DNA of 62,310 nucleotides from Anaerolineae bacterium (GCA_034429675.1 DAOUFX010000184.1:1-62310); one strand, 5' to 3'; shown: positions 1-8,714, counted from the stretch's first letter. Numbers and translations are program-made. Notes: generated by a model from the sequence alone, not told the origin.

Positions 1-46
1 TTCGAGCCGGTACCCCGGCTCGAAAAAACACGGTTTCTTTTACCGG

Positions 47-268
47 TCAATGCTGCCCCTTGATTTCTTCTCGCGAAGCGTTCTTGGGGCATTGCGCTTG
101 CTCTCGCAGAAAGTCGAACAGACTTTCCAGATCAACAAAACCGTAGCGGCGTTCGCTTCCAATCTGCTCCAAATGTATCCGCAGCGGATCCGCAGTATTT
201 GACCGCCATAGTCGTAAAAGGTACGATTGGTATTGTGAGCGAGGACTTTCCATTATTATTGAGTCCAT
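47..268 (-). CDS. small hypothetical protein (73 aa), 'YLLRLWR ... GFVDLESLFDFL' motif
   Basis: Intact ORF from the track with no clear SD. The pattern SYLLRLWR..RIHLEQIGSERRYGFVDLESLFDFLREQ resembles, from memory, a family of ~70-80 aa proteins of unknown function. Confidence 0.45.
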   Translation of the reverse strand: MDSIIMESPRSQYQSYLLRLWRSNTADPLRIHLEQIGSERRYGFVDLESLFDFLREQAQCPKNASREEIKGQH

Positions 269-350
269 TCAAGTTTTGGCCCCCCCGGTCTGTGACAGAA
301 CCAGGGGGCCAATTTCAGTAACGATCGAGTTGTGCTTGTCGAGTTTAGGA

Positions 351-1055
351 TTAAGGCACTGAGGGGATCTCGATACCGCCGATGCCCGTGGTGCTATTGC
401 AAGATTCCGGCAGTTCAAAGGCGCTCAGAGTGTTGATATTGTTGACATTGATTTCAACTTTCTGCCCCTGGTTGTCCATCGTCATCCGCACCAGGTAGTT
501 CCCCTCCTGGGCCACCCAGGTGTCTACAGTGGCGCCTTCGGTCCCCGAACGGAAGTGGTCGGCCTTGACGCCGTTGACTTCCTCGGCGCCTACCAGCTCT
601 TCGCCCGTCATACCGGCGGTGTACCCTGAGATGTCGCCCATCTGTTCCAGGCCGGCCAGTTGATCGCCGGCGTCCACGGCCACGCACATTCCACCGGTCA
701 AGGTATAGAGTTTGTCCTCGATCACGTACATTTCCTGCGTCGCGCCTTCCACACCGCTGATGATGTGGTACTGGTTTTTCGACTTGATGAATTCGAAGGT
801 GGTCTCCATTCCTGAGGCGTTGATCTGCAACGAGTAGCTATCGGCGCTGTCGAGAGCGCCCGCCGGATTGCCGAACTCGCCCGGTGCGGTCGAATCCGAC
901 CCCGTAGATTCGACGGTTGCTGCCGTCTTATTGGCATCGTCTGAAACTGCTGCGGTTGTTGCCGGCGCTGCGGTTGGTTTGCTGCTGCCACAAGCGACCA
1001 GACTGAACATCAGGAGAAGCCCCATTGCTACGCAGAATACTTTTGTAAATTTCAT
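351..1055 (-). CDS. secreted lipoprotein, unknown function
   Basis: N-terminus MKFTKVFCVAMGLLLMFSLVAC|GSS is a signal peptide plus lipobox (L-V-A-C). It is followed by an Ala/Thr-rich linker, and AAGGAA lies upstream of the ATG. Confidence 0.7.
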   Translation of the reverse strand: MKFTKVFCVAMGLLLMFSLVACGSSKPTAAPATTAAVSDDANKTAATVESTGSDSTAPGEFGNPAGALDSADSYSLQINASGMETTFEFIKSKNQYHIISGVEGATQEMYVIEDKLYTLTGGMCVAVDAGDQLAGLEQMGDISGYTAGMTGEELVGAEEVNGVKADHFRSGTEGATVDTWVAQEGNYLVRMTMDNQGQKVEINVNNINTLSAFELPESCNSTTGIGGIEIPSVP

Positions 1056-1431
1056 TTCCTTTGACTTCCTTTTCTTGAATTTGGATTTTTTGATAGTTAT
1101 ACTGTCAGAGATACCTGCGCGCCCGTGTTCGCGCGCAATTGCCGCGTTATTGTTTGCTTATCCGATCCGTCTTCACTTCCTCCTTCACTCATAGCCTGCC
1201 GCGTCGGCGGCAAAGGTAGAAAAGGGAGTGTTTGTGCGAGCGCGTACCCCCCGCCCGCACAAACACCTTCCTTCACTTCAGTGTTGCATTGCGCTGCCGG
1301 TAGTCGGCGAGCGCAACGATGGAAACTCCCTTGATATTGTCCATGGGAGGAATCCACTTATAATGTGTGTTTGCCGGCCCGGATTCAGGCAGCAGGCAAC
1401 TCACTCTCATTTGCCAACAGTATAGAAAATG

Positions 1432-1451
1432 ATCGTGACGAAATCGTGACG
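1432..1451 (+). promoter_or_regulatory. perfect 9-nt direct repeat ATCGTGACG x2 with 11-nt period, just upstream of the SARP regulator start
   Basis: ATCGTGACG occurs at 1432-1440 and 1443-1451, read directly. One-helical-turn phasing is typical of OmpR/SARP-type direct-repeat operators. Function is inferred. Confidence 0.3.
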
Positions 1452-1467
1452 GATCTTAAGGAAAATC

Positions 1468-4400
1468 ATGTCCCGACTCAATATCACCTTACTTGGCCCC
1501 TTTCAAGTAACCAACGACGCAGTCCCGATCACGCAATTTGAAGCGGACACGGCCCGCGCTCTGCTGGCTTATCTGGCGATGCAGCCCGCTCTCGCTTTCC
1601 CGCGTGAGTCATTGTCCGATCTGCTCTGGCCCGAACAATGGCGTTCGGATTCGCTGGTGGCCCTGCGCCAGACCCTCGCTCGTTTGCGCCGCGCCATTGA
1701 TGACGCGGGCGCCGACCCTCCTTTCCTCACCATTACCCGCCAATCCATCGAATTCAATGCTGAGAGCGACTACCGGCTGGATGTTGCGGCCTTCACGCAG
1801 CAGATTGCCGCCGTTCAGAGCCATCGCCATCGGCGCCTGGAGGCCTGTCAGCGCTGTATGCAAAAACTCGAACGGGCCGCCAATCTCTATCGCGGCGATT
1901 TTCTGACCGGCTTCATGCTCGACAGTCTGCCGTTCGAGGAATGGGTGTTGATGGAGCGCGAGCGACTGCATCAGCAGGCGATGGACACGTTCTATCATCT
2001 GGCGACCTATCACCACCTTCACGGCAACTACGAGCAGATGCAACACTATGCCCGGCGTCAATTGGCCCTGGAACCCTGGCGCGAAGAGGCTCACCGCCAG
2101 TTGCTGGTCGCGCTGGCTTTGTCCGGCCAGCGCAGTGCGGCGTTGTCGCACTATAAAACGGTGCGGGACACCCTGATGGAGGAGCTGGGTGTAGAACCTA
2201 CCGATGAGACTGAGCAACTTCTGGCTCAAATCCGCGACGGGACATTGGCGCAAGAAGTGACCCCGCCCCACAACTTACCCAATCAACTCACATCGTTTGT
2301 CGGACGCGAACGAGAACTGGCCCGCATCGTCGGACGGTTGGAGGATCCTTCTTGCCGCCTGCTGACCCTGGTTGGGGCGGGCGGCGTCGGGAAGACCCGG
2401 TTGGCGCTGAAGGTCGCCGAGCAGATGGCATTTCACTTTCAGCATGGGGTGTGGTTTGTGCCCTTCGTTGACATTACCTTGTCGCAAGGTGCTCCTGGGG
2501 GATTTGAACGGAACACCTGGCACAATCAACTGGCTACTGCGGTAGCAACCTGTCTGGGTCTTGACTTTGCCGGTCAGGCCCACCCCAAGCAGCAATTGCT
2601 CCAGGCTTTGGCTTCCAGGGAAATCTTGTTGATTTTGGATAACTTCGAGCACTTGATCGGCGCCGCCGACTTTGTCGTGGATATGCTCGCTGCCGCTCCC
2701 CGGCTGACCGTGCTGGCGACATCGCGCGCCCGGTTGGATCTCCGGGCCGAACAGGTAGTCAAGCTAAAAGGGTTGCCGGTCCCCCAAAAGCGCGCTCCGC
2801 ATGCCGCCGACTATGGCAGCGTGCAGCTCTTTTACAAACGCGGTCAAAGCGTTGCGGAAGATTTTCGCCTCGACGACAGCACCTTGCCTCACGTCATACG
2901 CTTATGCCGACTGTTGAAAGGATTGCCTTTGGGCATCGAATTGGCCTCGACGTGGGTAAACCGGCTTCCCCTGGCCGATATTGTGGCGAATTTGCGGCGC
3001 GACATTGATTTCTTGTCGGTTACTCACCAGGACGTTCCCAAGCGTCACCGGCGCCTGCGCGCTATTTTTGAGAGTTCCTGGCAATTGCTCTCGCAAACCG
3101 AGCAGCAGACTTTGTCCCAGCTTTCGATTTTCCGCGGTGATTTTAGCTATACGGCGGCGCAGGCCATCACGCACGTCAACCTTGCGGAACTGGGAAGTCT
3201 GGTTGATAAATCGCTGCTTCACACCGGCGCGCCCGGACGATACATCGTGCATGAGATGTTGCGCCAATTCGCGGCTGAAAAACTCGCGACGGATGAGAAA
3301 TTTCCGGTGAATAGTGAATCGGCGGTGCCCGATGGGCAGGATGCGGATTCACTTTACAAAATTCGGGAGCGCCATGCGCGTTATTATCTGGCCTTCATCG
3401 TCGAGCAGACCCCCGCGCTCTACGGCGCAGAGCCGCAACGGGCCGTCGCCGAAGTGCAGCTTGAGATGTCCAATGTGCGTCACGCCTGGCAATGGGCGGT
3501 AGCTCACCTGCAGCCGTTTGCCGGCGACATCTTGCCGGACGTCTTGGCGGATTGTGTGGAAGGATTGATGCGCTTCTACGATCTCAAGGGGCTGTTCCAG
3601 GAAGGGACAGAAATGTTTGGCGCCGCCGTTGCACGATTACAAGAAGCGCCTCAGGTTGCCACTTACGCGCTTACCAGATTTTCGATGGCTCAGGCGCATT
3701 TCCTGGAGGCTCAAAGCGATTACAACACTGCGATGTTGCTTCTTCAACATGCCTTATCTTTGGCCAAACAAATCGAGCCGGCGGATGGAGTGGAAACCAG
3801 GCGCAGTCAGATGGACTTGCTCAAACTTTCCGGGGACTGTTACCACAAACTCGGCGATTATGTGCCTGCGGAGATGTGCTATGTTCAAAGCCTGGAACTC
3901 GGCCGGCAGCTTGAAAGTTTGCCGGGACAGGCGCGGGCGCATCGTGGGCTTGGGGATTTAGCCTGGAAACAAGGTGATCTAAACCGGGCTCAGGAGCGCT
4001 ATACTCAGAGTTTGGCGATCTGGCGGAAAACTTGTGATAAGAAAAGCATTGCCGAGAACCTTAATGATCTGGGTAAGACGGCCTATCTTCAGAGCCAGCC
4101 GGCCGAAGCGCAACAGTATTTGGAGGAAGCGTTGGCTTTGCATCGTCAGATCGGCGACCGGCGTGGTATTGCCGACAGCCGCGCAAATCTCGGCAGTATC
4201 TTTTTTCAGCGGGGCGACTTTTCCACGGCTAAGCGTTATTACGTCGAGAATCTGACCAGCCGCCGCGAAATTGGCGACCGGCGCGCGATGGCGGCCAGTT
4301 TGAATAATCTGGGGTTGTTGGCGTACTGGCAGCGAGATTATCACGCCGCATACGCTTATCATCAGGAGAGTCTGGCGATCAAACGCAGCATCGGCGACCG

Positions 4401-5022
4401 TTGGGGCGAAGCTTTCAGCTTGTGCACGCTTGGCTACATCACTGTGTACTGGGATAAGCCGGCGGCCTGGGATTTTTGCGCACAGGCCCTGGCCATTCGT
4501 CGCGAGATTGGCGATCAGCGCGGCGTGGTTGAAAGCCTTAACAGCCTGGGCTATGTTGCCTGCCAGAAGAAAGACTACGCGATCGCCCGGCAGCAGTTTG
4601 AGTCGGGGCTGGCATTGGCGCGCGAAATCAATCACAGCTCCGCGATTTCTGAAAGTTTGCTGGCACTGGCCATTTTGTGTTTTCAACAAGACCGGTTTGA
4701 GGAAAGCCGACGCTACTGTTACGAGATGCTGTCTGTTTCCCAGGGGCAGGGGTTCGCGCCGGACATTCTGATGGCGGTGCTCATCCTTGCCCGATTACTC
4801 TGGCGGCAGGGAGCGCACCACAAGAGCGCGGAATTGCTCGGTGTGGTGCGCTCCCATCCGTTTCTCCATCCCGACGGCGAGAGCCATATACAAGAATTGC
4901 ACATGGATCTGACAACGACGCTGTCCCCGGATGAGCTTGAGTCGGCCCTTGAAAACGGGAAAACGTTGGCGCTGGATGCGGTTGTGGCTGACTTGTTGGC
5001 CGGCTCAACCCTTCCGGCATAA
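1468..5022 (+). CDS. SARP/AfsR-like transcriptional regulator: winged-helix + BTAD, NB-ARC (STAND) ATPase, TPR repeats
   Basis: N-terminus LLGPFQV..ARALLAYLA..LWPE..ALRQTLARLRRAI is an OmpR/SARP DNA-binding domain followed by BTAD. P-loop is LVGAGGVGKTRLA. The C-terminal third holds repeated ~40-aa TPR-like units (..NLG..Y..G....A...Y..SLAI.R.IGDRRG..). Confidence 0.85.
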   Translation: MSRLNITLLGPFQVTNDAVPITQFEADTARALLAYLAMQPALAFPRESLSDLLWPEQWRSDSLVALRQTLARLRRAIDDAGADPPFLTITRQSIEFNAESDYRLDVAAFTQQIAAVQSHRHRRLEACQRCMQKLERAANLYRGDFLTGFMLDSLPFEEWVLMERERLHQQAMDTFYHLATYHHLHGNYEQMQHYARRQLALEPWREEAHRQLLVALALSGQRSAALSHYKTVRDTLMEELGVEPTDETEQLLAQIRDGTLAQEVTPPHNLPNQLTSFVGRERELARIVGRLEDPSCRLLTLVGAGGVGKTRLALKVAEQMAFHFQHGVWFVPFVDITLSQGAPGGFERNTWHNQLATAVATCLGLDFAGQAHPKQQLLQALASREILLILDNFEHLIGAADFVVDMLAAAPRLTVLATSRARLDLRAEQVVKLKGLPVPQKRAPHAADYGSVQLFYKRGQSVAEDFRLDDSTLPHVIRLCRLLKGLPLGIELASTWVNRLPLADIVANLRRDIDFLSVTHQDVPKRHRRLRAIFESSWQLLSQTEQQTLSQLSIFRGDFSYTAAQAITHVNLAELGSLVDKSLLHTGAPGRYIVHEMLRQFAAEKLATDEKFPVNSESAVPDGQDADSLYKIRERHARYYLAFIVEQTPALYGAEPQRAVAEVQLEMSNVRHAWQWAVAHLQPFAGDILPDVLADCVEGLMRFYDLKGLFQEGTEMFGAAVARLQEAPQVATYALTRFSMAQAHFLEAQSDYNTAMLLLQHALSLAKQIEPADGVETRRSQMDLLKLSGDCYHKLGDYVPAEMCYVQSLELGRQLESLPGQARAHRGLGDLAWKQGDLNRAQERYTQSLAIWRKTCDKKSIAENLNDLGKTAYLQSQPAEAQQYLEEALALHRQIGDRRGIADSRANLGSIFFQRGDFSTAKRYYVENLTSRREIGDRRAMAASLNNLGLLAYWQRDYHAAYAYHQESLAIKRSIGDRWGEAFSLCTLGYITVYWDKPAAWDFCAQALAIRREIGDQRGVVESLNSLGYVACQKKDYAIARQQFESGLALAREINHSSAISESLLALAILCFQQDRFEESRRYCYEMLSVSQGQGFAPDILMAVLILARLLWRQGAHHKSAELLGVVRSHPFLHPDGESHIQELHMDLTTTLSPDELESALENGKTLALDAVVADLLAGSTLPA

Positions 5023-5079
5023 CCGGCGTAGGTTTAACTCCCACGCAGGATCAGGGGTTGTCGTTGAAGTCATTGAAGG

Positions 5080-5117
5080 AGTGTTTTTCGTGCGGGTACT
5101 CCCGCACGAAAAACACT
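5080..5117. terminator. bidirectional intrinsic terminator hairpin (17-bp perfect stem, 4-nt loop)
   Basis: AGTGTTTTTCGTGCGGG (5080-5096) pairs with CCCGCACGAAAAACACT (5101-5117), loop TACT. It lies between two convergent genes ending at 5022 (+) and 5147 (-). Confidence 0.6.
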
Positions 5118-5146
5118 TCTCGTCTCCCGTCGAGCGGTGATTCTCG

Positions 5147-6040
5147 TTATGGTTGACGAGTGCAGCTCGTTTGCAACCAGCCTGCAATGGCTTGCCGGTA
5201 GACGTCAGGGACTTCGTAGAAAGTGAAATGCCCGACCCCACTTTCCAGAACGGCCAACTTTGCCCCAGGAACATGCTCCGCAATGAGACGTGCCTGCGCC
5301 GGCGGCACGATAGGATCGGCGTCACCGGTAACCACCAACGTCGGCGCTGTGATGCGCGGCAGCAGCGGTGTGATGTCAATGTCGGGCATGCGCCGGAAGT
5401 AGAGAGTCATCGCATCAAGATCCAGCTTCCGGTAGGCCGGATAAGAGCTTGCCTGTAGCGTTGCATCAATGTTGGGATAGGCCAGGGCTCGTTGTGGGTT
5501 GGGGCTGTACATACGGATAAATCGCCTGAAAACACTATAGTGTATCTTGCTTGGATTGAGGAGTAATTTGAACCCCATCCGGCCCAGCGCGCCGCTGCGA
5601 CACCACTTCTGGCATAGCCCTAACCCGCCGGTCCATTGGCCGTGCGCGAAGCCGGAAATACTGATTACCCCATGCGCGATCTCCGGTGTGGTCGCTGCGA
5701 TCGTGAGCACAGAAAATCCGCCGGTCGAATGTCCCACCAGCAGCGCCGGACGCTCCCCCACCAGTTCCCGGATGGCGAGCGTCAAGACGTGTGCGATACT
5801 TTCGGCGGTCAGATCGCCCGGTGTGAACCGGGGAGGAAAAACTGCCGGGTAATGGCCGGGTAAACTCAACGAATAGCAGGGGCCATAATCACGGAAAGGG
5901 GCAATCAGGTCGGGCTCCCAGAAATGGACCGAGCCGGTGATGCCGTGTATCAAAATGACCGGGATGCCGGGCCGGTCGGCATTGAACGCGATGGATGCCA
6001 GATCGTGTCCATCTATGTGCAATAAGCGTACAGACGTCAT
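5147..6040 (-). CDS. alpha/beta-fold hydrolase
   Basis: Oxyanion region ILIHGITGS and nucleophile elbow GHSTGG (G-x-S-x-G). I prefer the ATG at 6040 (MTSVRLLHIDG) because AGGAGGG lies 5 nt upstream. The track ORF extends to a GTG at 6121. Confidence 0.8.
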   Translation of the reverse strand: MTSVRLLHIDGHDLASIAFNADRPGIPVILIHGITGSVHFWEPDLIAPFRDYGPCYSLSLPGHYPAVFPPRFTPGDLTAESIAHVLTLAIRELVGERPALLVGHSTGGFSVLTIAATTPEIAHGVISISGFAHGQWTGGLGLCQKWCRSGALGRMGFKLLLNPSKIHYSVFRRFIRMYSPNPQRALAYPNIDATLQASSYPAYRKLDLDAMTLYFRRMPDIDITPLLPRITAPTLVVTGDADPIVPPAQARLIAEHVPGAKLAVLESGVGHFTFYEVPDVYRQAIAGWLQTSCTRQP

Positions 6041-6117
6041 CACGCCCTCCTGATAGTGTGTTCTGCGATGTGTAATAAATGCGTTGCTGTCATCTTTGTG
6101 TTCCTGGGAGTGTTTTC

Positions 6118-6885
6118 TCACCGGGCGGCCAGGAGCTTGTCAAAATCTTTGGGTAACAGGTAATGGTAGGCAAATAGCTTGCCATCCAGAACAATGCCGA
6201 ACACGCCGTAAGGACTGGGGGATAATTCCCTGACCTCCTGCGCCGAGTGCAACTCCACGATTTTTGTGGGTATTCCTTTTTCTTCCGCGATTTGTGCTAC
6301 GCCGTTCACGGCATCGTCAATGTACGGGCATTGTGGGGTGCGCACGATCGTCAGTCCGGCACCGAACCTGGCCTGGCGCGCCTCCCAGTCGGCAGGAAAG
6401 GTCGGAGTCGGCGCGTCATCGAAACGGCGCGCCAACAGGTGAAATGAGGGTGGAGCCTGGTCAACTTCCTCGAAGCCGTTCTTGATGAAGATGTCTTTCT
6501 TGGCCATCCACACCCTGTCGGTGGCAACCGTCGCGACTCCGTGCATGCCATGAGCGCGGGCATCCTCCAGACACGCCTCAATCAAGCGTCGTCCGTAACC
6601 TTTACCTTTTCCCTTTCCCACCACCCACAGGCAGTGAATGACCATGTAATTGGGGGCATTGACGGCGCGCCAGGCATATTCGCCGGGGATGTATTCGATG
6701 AACCCCACCATCCGCCCCCCGGTTTCGTGAATCATTAAAAGTCTTAATCCCTCGGCAAAGCGCGCTTCAAGCCAATCTCGTTTCTGGCTATATCCCGGCG
6801 CCTTGCGCTTGCTCATATAGCAGAAGAACCCCAGCTTGTCTACGTTTTCGGCAGTTACAGAAATCAGTTCGAAGGTGCCGTCCAT
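6118..6885 (-). CDS. GNAT N-acetyltransferase with YoaP-like C-terminal domain
   Basis: GFFCYMSKRKAPGYSQKRDWLE.. plus acetyl-CoA motif VVGKGKGKGYGRRLIE. The C-terminal part (QCPYIDDAV...GVFGIVLDGKLFAYHYL) resembles the YoaP-like domain. I prefer the ATG at 6885 (AAGGAAA SD), which avoids overlap with the upstream gene. Confidence 0.75.
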   Translation of the reverse strand: MDGTFELISVTAENVDKLGFFCYMSKRKAPGYSQKRDWLEARFAEGLRLLMIHETGGRMVGFIEYIPGEYAWRAVNAPNYMVIHCLWVVGKGKGKGYGRRLIEACLEDARAHGMHGVATVATDRVWMAKKDIFIKNGFEEVDQAPPSFHLLARRFDDAPTPTFPADWEARQARFGAGLTIVRTPQCPYIDDAVNGVAQIAEEKGIPTKIVELHSAQEVRELSPSPYGVFGIVLDGKLFAYHYLLPKDFDKLLAAR

Positions 6886-6898
6886 TGTGTTTTCCTTT

Positions 6899-7411
6899 TT
6901 AAAGTTTTCTCGCCAGATCATTGACCCAAGCGCGGACCGCATTCCAGTCGCGCGCGTCGCTGGCCGGGGCATGGTAAAGAGGGCTGGCCGGCAGGATGGT
7001 CAAAACATTGTCGGGGAAACGCAGCTTTGCCGGATCGTATTTTCCACCGAACAGTTCAATTGCAATTGGCTTGAGCCAGGGATACTTGCCCAGTTCGGCG
7101 TCCATCTGAGGGCGCACGGCTGATGTGTCTTCATCTGGGCGTGTTGGGCCGAGCGTGAAGATGGCAACGGGCAGCCTGGTTAGAACCTGTTGATTGCGTG
7201 TCAAGAACCGGTGCGCATCCTTAAGCCAATGGCCGATGTAGAGCGGCGCCCCCAGGATCACAGCGCGATACTCGCCCATCGGTCGCACCTGTCGGGCAGG
7301 TTGGACATCCGCTTTCAACCCACTCTCCATCAACATGGTGACAATTTTTTCGGCGACTTCTCGTGTTGAACCATACCGGGTAGCGTAAACGACAAGAATT
7401 GTGTCTGACAT
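6899..7411 (-). CDS. flavodoxin-like protein (HemG/flavodoxin_5 type)
   Basis: MSDTILVVYATRYGSTREVAEKI is a flavodoxin FMN-loop signature (T/S-x-Y-G-S-T). GGAGGAAA SD upstream. Confidence 0.75.
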   Translation of the reverse strand: MSDTILVVYATRYGSTREVAEKIVTMLMESGLKADVQPARQVRPMGEYRAVILGAPLYIGHWLKDAHRFLTRNQQVLTRLPVAIFTLGPTRPDEDTSAVRPQMDAELGKYPWLKPIAIELFGGKYDPAKLRFPDNVLTILPASPLYHAPASDARDWNAVRAWVNDLARKL

Positions 7412-7805
7412 CTATGATTTCCTCCGCTATCGAACGAATGATGAAAACCGGTTTTTGAAAGGCGGGAACTGGAAATTGACGCTTGGAAAGTTGTGATTCT
7501 AGCTGTAGTCTATACGATAATTTCAATTTCCGACACAGGGAAATTGTAGCATGTTTTCCAGTAAATTGCGCATGTCGGTTGATAGAAGTGTTTTGGTTTT
7601 GCATCCGAATCTGCTTGTGGTTTTGTATATTCTTAAACAGGGATACAATAGGGCTGGATTTGTTGTTATAGCCTCTATGAGTGTTCCCCATCCAGGGATT
7701 GCTGGGATTGCATGGAGAATCGAGTATAATAGAAGCGCGTTCTGGAAACAGACTCCAGGGATATCTTTAATAACATCTGACTCATTTTTTGCCGGAGGTG
7801 AAAAC

Positions 7806-8303
7806 ATGGCGGGAAACATAGAAGTCCGCAAAGCCAGGCTTAAGGATGCAGAGGTCATTGCCAATTTCGTTAATCGGGCGCACCCAGACTCAGCGGTTAC
7901 ACGCTTGAGTGTGGCGGAACGTTTCAGCCAGGTTGGGTTTATGGTGGCCGAAGAGGCGCAGCAGATGGTCGGATTGATCGGTTTTCAGGTGGACAATCTG
8001 GTGATCCGTGTCACAGATTTCCTGCTTGCGCCGGGTGTAGATCGGATTGCCGTAGGGAAAGCCTTGGTGGCTGCCATGGAAGCTGCCGGGACGGATCTCC
8101 AGGCCGAGGCGGCTATGTTGTACCTCCCCGAAAATCCCAGCGCCGGTTTGATCAGCTATTGGAAGTCTCTGGGGTATGCTCCGCGCGCCGTGTCCGATTT
8201 TCAGCATCGGGCGTGGCGCGAAGCCGCGTCCGAATGGTCTGCGGGTACAACCGAAGTAGTCACGAAGCAATTGCGCGATGAAATTGCCCGTAAGCCAATG
8301 TAG
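7806..8303 (+). CDS. GNAT-like acetyltransferase (short form of track ORF 7551-8303)
   Basis: GGAGGTG SD lies 5 nt before the ATG at 7806 (MAGNIEVRKARLKDAEVIANFV...). GNAT-like beta-strand and 'VGKALVAAME' segment. The upstream 85 codons of the track ORF fall in AT-rich, non-coding-looking DNA. Confidence 0.55.
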   Translation: MAGNIEVRKARLKDAEVIANFVNRAHPDSAVTRLSVAERFSQVGFMVAEEAQQMVGLIGFQVDNLVIRVTDFLLAPGVDRIAVGKALVAAMEAAGTDLQAEAAMLYLPENPSAGLISYWKSLGYAPRAVSDFQHRAWREAASEWSAGTTEVVTKQLRDEIARKPM

Positions 8304-8335
8304 GGGCGGTTGATCTTTTTGAGGAGAAAAACGGT

Positions 8336-8557
8336 ATGGAAAGAGTCAAGCAACTTATTGAGCAGCACCCACAATTGACGTCGTGGATTGTGCTGGCTAT
8401 TGGAATGGTGGTAATTCTGGTGTGGTCGGCCCGCGATGTGGGACTTTTGCCCGGACAGTGGGTCGCGCTAATTGTTGCAACCATTGGCGTCGCCGGGTTG
8501 GCGATTTGGATTATTGGCTGGGAAGATGAAGAAGAAGAGGTTGAGTCGCAAAGTTAG
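8336..8557 (+). CDS. small membrane protein (73 aa, two TM helices, acidic tail)
   Basis: Hydrophobic segments WIVLAIGMVVILVW and WVALIVATIGVAGLAIWIIGW with tail EDEEEEVESQS. A terminator hairpin follows. Confidence 0.5.
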   Translation: MERVKQLIEQHPQLTSWIVLAIGMVVILVWSARDVGLLPGQWVALIVATIGVAGLAIWIIGWEDEEEEVESQS

Positions 8558-8584
8558 CCAATGTTTGGGATGCTCTTATATCGA

Positions 8585-8616
8585 AAACACCCCCGAATTT
8601 GAGAGTGGGGGTGTTT
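8585..8616 (+). terminator. intrinsic terminator-like hairpin
   Basis: AAACACCCCC (8585-8594) pairs with GGGGGTGTTT (8607-8616). The stem ends in TTT, and it lies 28 nt after the stop at 8557. Confidence 0.45.
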
Positions 8617-8655
8617 CCGTTAAAATAGGAATTTAAGGTTCGTAGAGATTCTTGG

Positions 8656-8683
8656 TTGCGCCTGCGTTGAGATAGGCTATAAT
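8656..8683 (+). promoter_or_regulatory. sigma70-type promoter candidate for the lepB pair (TTGCGC-16-TATAAT)
   Basis: Hexamers read at 8656-8661 and 8678-8683, about 30 nt upstream of the lepB start. Confidence 0.4.
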
Positions 8684-8714
8684 CGCTTACGATACTGGGT
8701 AGGAGGTATAAACT

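Noticed and set aside
1-24. A 10-bp hairpin TTCGAGCCGG/CCGGCTCGAA followed by AAAAAA at the very start of the window. A second GC hairpin is at 276-312 (TTGGCCCCC...GGGGGCCAA).
   Set aside because: The first is truncated by the window edge, so the flanking U-tract cannot be judged. The second has no T-tract in the direction of the upstream gene. Both are plausible terminators but unsupported.
1468-5022. Considered the NB-ARC/TPR STAND protein as an Avs-like antiphage sensor.
   Set aside because: The N-terminus is a winged-helix plus BTAD module typical of SARP/AfsR transcription regulators. There is no nuclease, TIR, protease or other effector domain, and no neighbouring defence genes.
7483-7671. 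62-aa Cys-rich ORF (10 Cys) in the AT-rich island. Considered as a small Cys-rich peptide or bacteriocin precursor.
   Set aside because: It has a non-ATG start, no SD and no leader or processing motif. The Cys and Phe codons are a by-product of T/G-rich DNA, and it overlaps another equally weak ORF.
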